A DNA stretch of 54,634 nucleotides, counting the filler, from Streblomastix strix (taxonomy: Eukaryota), in NCBI GenBank assembly GCA_008636045.1. It is 3 parts of 3 records of this genome, joined end to end, with 100 filler letters (N's around TTAATTAATTAA, not from the genome) between each part and the next. Parts side by side here need not be neighbours in the genome. Positions count along the whole stretch, not along the records: positions 36,524 to 54,634 come from SNRW01000636.1; 2 more parts are not named here. The stretch is one strand, 5' to 3'. Shown one piece after another: positions 46,834 through 54,634 of the stretch. How positions within the stretch are numbered: position 1 is the first letter of the stretch; each line of letters opens with the position of its first letter. The notes under the pieces were generated by a model. It was given only the letters and a program-made list of their open reading frames with translations. It searched no databases and was not told where the DNA came from. The position numbers were made by a program, and so were the translations under genes.

Positions 46834-47778
46834 TCAATTTAATTTAAATGTTCGTTTATATTTCAATTATAAAGTATCAATAGAATCCTCTACTTTCTTT
46901 TTATAGTAAATGGGAATTTCAACGGTTTTAATATCTTTGTACTGTCTTAATAATTCACAAATAACGTTTCCATGGCTATAATTAAAGATTACGGCGATTT
47001 CATTAAATTATCTTCGTTTCTTTTAAAAATTACGCTGAGTTTTTGAAAGGTCAAGATGAATCATTATTATATTCCCTTAGTGAAGGTCTATTAATTTATC
47101 CTTACTTTATAGTTCTTTTACGTTGGTGGCATCTTTCATTTTCTAACGAATATATATACCTTCTAAATCTTCTGATTCATTAACTTACTGAGGGGTAAAT
47201 TTATTCTTGAACGCCGAATGCTTGGTGTTATTGTAGTCATCAAACGACTTGCTACATTTGCTTATTATTAGCCATGAGCTGGTCATCGTTTTCAAATGCA
47301 TTTCTTATAGTTCGGATAACAGAATCAACAATACGGTTTTTGTTGATAAATTTGGATGAGTTAAAATAATAGGTTATATTTTAGTCTTTCAAATAATCCT
47401 TAATTTAATTGCTTCCTAGCGGTGCCTCACCATCAGATCGAATATTGGAAACATACTGGTCTTTTACTAATTATTTTATACATCTGAGTAATTCATTTGT
47501 GGATTTAACTTTGATAGGATAAACTTTTAAATATTTTGTATTGATATTATTGGCAAAAAAATAGAGCGATTTGATTTTATTTATGGTGGGATGCATTATG
47601 AAAATAACATCAATTTCCTAACTTCCTAACAAAAGCAAATAATATGGTCGTTGGTATTTCTTTAATGGTTTCAATTTTATATCTTGAACAATATTGGTTT
47701 TATCTTTCGCTTTATTTCTGAAGAGATTTTATATTTTCGTTGGCTCAATTTATTATTTTAATTGTTTTGGCTTGGCAT
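46834..47778 (-). pseudogene. Retroviral-like (rve) integrase of the Polinton
   Basis: Motifs GS(Q)EIDVIF, NINTKYL, IRSDGE, KNRIVDSVIRTIR and YNNTKHSAFKNKFTP. One frameshift near 47241. Confidence 0.88.
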
Positions 47779-48948
47779 TTTATTTAATTCTTTCAGCGTG
47801 ATATTTTAAATAATTATCTAAATAAATATTATTACCATTGCGAAATTGTTTTATTTTAAAATATCTATTCTAAATTATTTATTGTAAATTATTAATTAAA
47901 ATAATTATTGATATTTCTAATGAAATTAGGCTGGAAATAATTTTTTTTTCCCGAACCAAATGGCTGGCTCTATGACTGACACTGTGGCTGTATAAAAAAA
48001 TAATAATTTAAATTTAACAAAAAAAAATTTTTTTTGATCTCTATGAAATTTTTGTAAAAAAAAATTGAAAATTTTTTAATTGAAAATAAGCATTTTTGGG
48101 TAAAAAATCATATTAATTAATCAATTTTTTATACAATAGTATATCTGTAGAATTTAGTAATAAAATAAAACAAAAATTAAATACAATTTATGTTAAGTTC
48201 AATAGTTAAATTAATTTTATTGTTATATTTTAATTTAAAAAAATTAAAAAATTAAAATAAAGCAGAAATAAAATTGAAATATAGCTTATATTATATAATA
48301 ATCATATTTTAAATATAATACTAACATTATATTATGTTAAAAACTATGTTAAAACAATGTGTTGCGGAAGAAAATGAAAATTAAAGAAAAAAATAAACAA
48401 AGAATTTGATAAAATTATAATTAATTAAAATTTTAATTTATAAATTGCATAATTATATGCATGCCATAAAATTAATTTAAATGTAACTTAAAATAACAAA
48501 ATTTAAACGGATTGTCTTATCAATTTTCCAGATTTATTATGCAAAAAAAGCAGCCTAGTGTTTATAAGTATCTGTAGTACAAAAATATAAATATTGCGTA
48601 ATTATTGATATATAATATTTAAATTATTACTAATTAATTTATCAAATATTAAAATATATATATTGATGCTAGCAAAAATTTGAAAAATATTAGAAGTAAG
48701 TTGGCACTATGTTTATTATATTCAAATTAGTAAAATAATATTTTGTAGCATTATATTATGAAAATTAAGTAGTATAAACCAGAATTGATAATATAGTTCA
48801 AGAAATAAAATTATTTATTTAAATTGTGGATACTCACATATTAATAATTAATAATTTATCTAAAATGAATTAGTATTGCTACATATATATCCATTCATAA
48901 CGTTTGCAGGTGGTAAATGTGAAAGGAAATTCTAGAAAATCTTAATTC

Positions 48949-49010
48949 TGGGGACAGATCGGTCATAGTCATAACTCTGCCAAAGCCAGACTATGACCGA
49001 TCTGACCCCA
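48949..49010. repeat. Strong inverted repeat / hairpin
   Basis: Perfect 16-bp stem CAGATCGGTCATAGTC / GACTATGACCGATCTG with an 18-nt loop, extended by TGGGG/CCCCA. Confidence 0.92.
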
Positions 49011-50119
49011 TAAGAAAGTTTTCACCAATAAAATTTTTTGAAATGAGCTTTTTAATAAATAGTAATATATAATAAATATATTATATATATAATTATAAAA
49101 ATATTATATAGACTCCATAATAAAGTGATACGTTATTTAGATTTTATTAAAATTTTTTATTTTTTTCATTAGAGACATTGAAAGAAAAATTACCAAAAAA
49201 TGGCTGGTTCGAGATACGAGAGCCAGCCATCCCTTTTGCAGCCTAAATGAAATCCTTTAAGTTTATTTTATCAGGCTTAAAACTTAAATTGTCAATTACT
49301 TCGTTAATTAGTTTATTTCTATTAAACATTTTATATATTTTAAATTGTATATTAATAAATGAGCTCAAATGGCTCAGTGGGACTGGTCCCTCCCACTACC
49401 AAGTCGAGTGTCTACGTTCGACTCACCCCGCTCACGGTCCTTTCGTTCGTTAAAATTAACAGTTCGTTTTAATTTTTTCCAAGAGCGGGGGGCCAACTGT
49501 TCTTGCTCCAACTCAAAAGAACAGAACCGAGTCCACCCATCATAAAAAAAAGAAAATGGGCGATGTAATCGCTAGCGATTGTGAGACATATCACTTTTTT
49601 TTGGTTTTTTACAATTGGGCAAAAATATCGGGGGATATGTTATATATACATAAAAATGCTAATTCCATTTAATTATTATTTTTTTAATTAGAATAACATA
49701 AATTTAAATCACAATTTCAAACAGTTCGCGCTAACGCGAAACAATTTTTTTAATAACATTATTTTTTTAATTTTTGCCTACCCATAATTTCAAACTTTGA
49801 TTTTATTAATTAATTTATATTTATTTATATATTGTCTTATTATGAAACACAAACATATACTTTTGATGGGGCAAACATTAATGGAGGCTATTAAAGTTTT
49901 AAAACTAACTTTGAAAACAAACTTTTTTATTTTATTATTAAATTTTTTAATTTGTATATATAGTGTGGCCATTACTGAGCAACCATTGCGCGATGATGGG
50001 GCATTGCTGTTGGGGCATTGATGTTATGTAGTAGTCATTTAGTGAGAAGTTCGCACTTTCATGTTTTGAAACTTGGTTTATATTTATGCGGTCTAATTAA
50101 GTATTTGGATTGACTGAAT

Positions 50120-51117
50120 GGTGAAATGCGAATCGTTGAGCTGCGCAAATTCGCTGAGAAGGAACATGAAAAAAATCTTACGTTGGAAATCATGAAGGAG
50201 GGATTGAAACCCAGTGAACGATCGAGGGAAAATAATGATGAAAATTTTGGGAACACTAATATTTTTTAAAGGAATTCAACTAAAAACAAGAAAAAGCAGA
50301 AACCACCTTCACATCTGAACTTTAATCAGACATATTTACTGAACATCATCATCATTATCATCTCTGGGTAAAGTACATTCAAATTAAGTGAATCTTCATC
50401 AATATCGTTCACATATAATAGACACATAAATGAAGTAGAATGAGAGTATTATTCGTGAAACGACAGCTGATGAATTTGAGATTGAAGCTGAATATCAGAA
50501 TCTGATCTGGAACACATTCATAAGCAAATTGGACAAGATAACAAGAAATCGTTCGTTGTTTAGATAATGGCTTCAGAGAAAAGAAATGCTAGATTTAATG
50601 GGATGTGTTGATACTGCGTCTGTTAAGTTAGATAAATAGATTGAGATTAAAATGAGTGATGAAATGTATGCTTAATATAAATAGAAACAAAATCAACAAA
50701 TATATCCATATCAAACAGAACTATAGAAGTAATAGAAGAAATTATTGAAGAAGAATCAAAAATTATTGAAAAAGAAAAATCCTTCATTGAGAACTACGCA
50801 AACAAAAGATTAACTTAACACAGATTGCAGAATTGCCCATTTAAATCTGATTATACAGAGATGTGCAGTATTTTTTCTTGGCCCAGAAGAAAAATTGATC
50901 AAATTTGCTCGTCCATATGTTTTAGAGATGGAATGTAACTCGCATGTGTCTTAGTTGGCTAAAACTACTGAGTGCTTTTCTGCATCTCACCAAACAATCA
51001 ATATATTGAAGAATAGCTTAGATTGGCTATAGATATATCCAGATTGTCATTGGTTATTTATATCGCTGGTGTTTGCACAGAAACAGAACCAAGTTGCTTC
51101 AAGTTGCAGAAGCTGAA
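50120..51117 (+). pseudogene. Degenerate coding sequence of unknown family
   Basis: Protein-like segments in shifting frames (FEIEAEYQNLIWNTFISKLDK...; FLGPEEKLIKFARPYVLEMEC) with multiple TGAs. Confidence 0.35.
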
Positions 51118-52149
51118 GGAATAACATACTATTCAACTTTAATAGTAAATTAGTATTGATTAAACAATTATCAATTTATTATTTATAAAATATTATTTTA
51201 TTAATAGTTTTATTTGATAATAATCATTTCTTTTATAACATTTTTATTATTATCATCTATTTCTTCACATAAATTAAACAACAGTCCCGACTGTATAATC
51301 AGTAAATATGTATGATCAAGAAGAATATTATGAAATTGATGATCAAGAACAAGAATAAGAGCCAAAAGAATCATGGATCAACTTCAAAGTGGACACAGAC
51401 ACTTATAAAAGCTGAGAATTTTTTAAATATTTTAATATTTTGAAATTTTTTCTTCATTTTATATACGATTTTCATTTAAAACGAAACTGTTTTTATAATT
51501 TATATTTTTCTATATTTTTTTCCAATTAAATTTACAATCTTCTCTCAATTAGTTTACTAATTTTTTAATTTAAAAGTTTTAATTTTATTCAAAGCATACT
51601 CTGATAAAAAACTTGGGGATGCCTAATTGACCCGGAGGGTTCTGGATGGGTGGATCGGTCGGAGTTCTGTGGGTAAGAATAAATATATGATATTGCAAAA
51701 ATATCGTTTTACTTTATATTGGAAAAATTGAAAAAAGAAAAAAATAATAATAAAATCTAAATAGTATCAACAAATAATTAGATTTATATGTATTTATGTT
51801 ATTAATTAGTAATAATTTAAATATATTAATTTATTAAATATGCTATTTATTAAAAAATACTTGCGATACATAAAAGAATTGGCAAATAATAATAATAATT
51901 TTGTTTGATGCAAACAGTATCATAATGGTAATTGAAATTTATTCAAATAAGTTAATAAACATACAAATTTAAAAAATAATATAAAAATTAAATATAAGGA
52001 TACTGGCTGAGGGACACACTGCTGAGAGAAAATTTTTATCCAAGATGCTAATGGAGGCTTATTTGAATCCATATTTTACTAAAATATATATTTATAAAAT
52101 GTATTAAAATTTCTTTTTTAGAAGAACAGTGGTAAATACTCTTGTTTGG

Positions 52150-52195
52150 AATGACCCAGACTAGGTTGGGTCGGGTCGGGTTGGGTCGGGTCATT
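52150..52195 (+). repeat. (GGGTY)5 pentamer array inside an AATGACCC/GGGTCATT inverted repeat
   Basis: aatgacccagactaggttgggtcgggtcgggttgggtcgggtcatt. Confidence 0.85.
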
Positions 52196-53282
52196 TTTTT
52201 TTAAAGCCAAATTTTGACAGTAACAAGAATTGCGCGCTTGAGGGATAATAGTACATAAATTGGTTAAGACAGAAATATGATAATGAAATAATTACATATA
52301 GTTATAATAAATTTATTCAATAATGCAATTAGCTATGCGCGAAAAAGAGTTTACCCACGACGACCCGTACTAATTTTTAAATAAATTTTTTTTATTGAAA
52401 CTATATGGGCCAGTTTCATCGGATGTAATCTTATTCAATTTTAATATTTAAAACTTCTTATAATAATTTTATTAGTTCCCTGAAATATAATTCATTTGCA
52501 TATTGTTATTTGTCATGATGTTAAAATTTTTTAAACCCCATTATTAATTCAATAAATGGACGTTTGCAAACAGAATCATCGAGTATCGATTTTTCAGTTT
52601 ATTTTTATTTATATTAATATACTATTACATAAAACATGTTCCAAACATGTCAAAAACATGTTTGTATAGTGTCTATAATTTTGTTAGTAAAATGAAAAAT
52701 TTACAGCAAATGTTAATTTATTTTTGTCAACAACTGAATAAATTTAATAATAAAGCATAAAAAAGTCTAACTAACATGCTGATACACAAATTAATGTTGT
52801 CACAAAACCGCAATTAATGAATAAAATTATTTCACATTTTTTGCTCCAACAGCATATAAATAGTTATATTTTAATAAAAATTTTTTATTTACAAAATTAT
52901 AGTACTGATGTTTATATAATATTGTATTTCTTAAGCATGAAAATCATCTTACAATTTCAATAATAATATTTATCCTGCAAATTCTCTATCACTTCATATT
53001 TTAATTCTAACAAATTTATGCTTAATGCATTTAATATAAATATTTAATTAATTTAATCGTATAATAAACATTAATTTTTTTTATAATTAAAGCTTTGCAA
53101 TGTTTTGAATTTATTTTTTTACTGATTTATAAAATTTTCTAAGTTTTAGACTTCTACACTGTTTTAAAAATGCACTTTAATATGTATTAATATTAAAAAA
53201 CTTCACATTTAAATAATAAACATATATATTAATATAAATAATGTGCTAATGCTTATGTATTATAATTCTATGATTAACACAC

Positions 53283-54060
53283 AAAGAATTTGACTTGACG
53301 AGGAACTCTGCTTACATAGATAGCTTGTGGCTTATCATTCACATAGAAACGTACAGTGCGACCTGTTTAAAGAAAAAAAAAATAAATTTATTAGTTATTA
53401 ATAATAATATAATAGTTAACATTAATATAGTAATTCTTATATTTACATTCATACAATTATTAATTCAAACCATCTTCAACTTATTCTCCATTCTTTAATT
53501 CTGCAGTTCCATCAATCATGACCTCATCATAATTGCGCATATCAACTTCAACAGCAACTTTGTCTCCATCGTTCCATCTTCCTGATCCAGAGAAGCATTC
53601 TCCATTCACTTGTACATACCCACTGAATAAAACATAATAAATAAATGAGTGATATTATTGAATTGAAATATTTGTATATTTTTATATACTCCGCATCAAA
53701 GGCAACGCTTTCTATAAAATATAAATAAATGAATAAACGAAATAAGAAAACCAATTAGTGATTAATTAAAATTATAAACCTTTTCCATGATCAGGAGCAC
53801 ATTCTGTTCCATCACTTTTGTTTGATGTTACTGATCCATGATGAGATGTTTATCCTGATAGAGACTTCGCAGTGGGTCCAACAACTATAGCTCAATCTTC
53901 TGGCTGTGTTGCAAGAGCAGCTGGTAATGATGGGATGAAGATGCTGCATAGAAGATATGACATATAGGGTGGAAAATGCAGTATAAGCGATGTAAGTGCT
54001 TGGGAGGCGCTAATTGAGACATTATCTTTCGAGCACTAAATATTTTAAAGAATAATTTAA

Positions 54061-54093
<33 letters not shown>

Positions 54094-54600
54094 AAACAAA
54101 CCAGAGCGCTAGATATAAGTGAACTTATCAAATTCACTCTCACAAGATCATAATTTGTTGTTTTTGCATTTTAAGCACTAACAAAAGATACATGTCCAAC
54201 TGACAAAGACTAGAAATTATAAATAAATAAAATAAATAAATAAATGAATTATAATAAATGTAATTATGTTGTTAGAAAAAACAAAATAAGATATTGTAAA
54301 CATTATCATCAGCTTGCTCCTTTAATATGCGGATATGTGTCTCAATAATTCTATTATATAATACAGCATCTACAGTTTTAGGTTCTGAAAAATAATATTT
54401 GCATAAAAATAAATCAAAAAATTGGATATATTGAGTTTAAAGAAAAGAATTAATGATAACTAAATATCTAAAGCATACCATTTAAGCATTTTTTGATTAT
54501 ATCAATCATGATATTAGCTCGTTTTTCATCATTCTACTCACCAATATGTCTAATACTTTCATCGATCGTTGTTATCTAAATATGAACATATATATGTTCA
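53283..54600 (-). CDS. Multi-exon gene with helical region and C-terminal SPRY-like domain (partial, possibly pseudogene)
   Basis: GYVQVNGECFSGSGRWNDGDKVAVEVDMR ... GRTVRFYVNDKPQAIYVSRVPRQVKFF. GT-AG introns. In-frame TGA at 53892-53894. Confidence 0.6.
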
Positions 54601-54634
54601 TTATTTGAAATTTGATATTTATATAAAGTATTTA

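Larger units (their letters stand above)
36524..49960. mobile_element. Polinton/Maverick-type endogenous virus, decayed and left-truncated by the contig edge (right boundary approximate)
   Basis: Intronless, densely packed genes including a protein-primed PolB and an rve integrase, the defining Polinton pair. Also a penton candidate, small ORFs and a hairpin-rich terminal region. Confidence 0.88.

Noticed and set aside
49368..49450. tRNA-like sequence (GGCTCAGTGG ... GTTCGACTC)
   Set aside because: No consistent acceptor or anticodon stems could be built, so not called a tRNA. Kept only as part of the hairpin cluster.

Overview
AT-rich eukaryotic (protist) genomic DNA made of three unrelated ~18 kb contigs joined by artificial 100-nt linkers (N44-TTAATTAATTAA-N44 at 18172-18271 and 36424-36523). 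The genome reads TAA/TAG as Gln and uses TGA as the only stop, so the supplied ORF track fragments or misses nearly every gene. That code, the short GT-AG introns and a SPRY-like gene family suggest an oxymonad such as Streblomastix (inference). Contig 1 holds a giant PPP phosphatase, a ubiquitin-like remnant, a 2345-aa Q-rich protein, an aldo-keto reductase and a thiolase-derived pseudogene. Contig 2 holds a flavodoxin with a hydrophobic N-terminus, a small leucine-zipper protein, a Rho/Rac GTPase that appears to need a single-nucleotide exon for its invariant switch-I Thr, tRNA-Gly(TCC), an MBOAT acyltransferase, a double-tetraspanin-like protein, a pseudokinase lacking the N-lobe and a vWA-kinase pseudogene. 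Contig 3 holds a decayed Polinton/Maverick-type endogenous virus written in the host's recoded genetic code. It encodes a protein-primed PolB with OTU-like and HNH-like domains, a retroviral-type integrase, a penton candidate and an AT-hook protein, and has a hairpin-rich right end. Its polB is split by a 1540-bp TIR transposon carrying a gene fragment. A SPRY-like gene follows.
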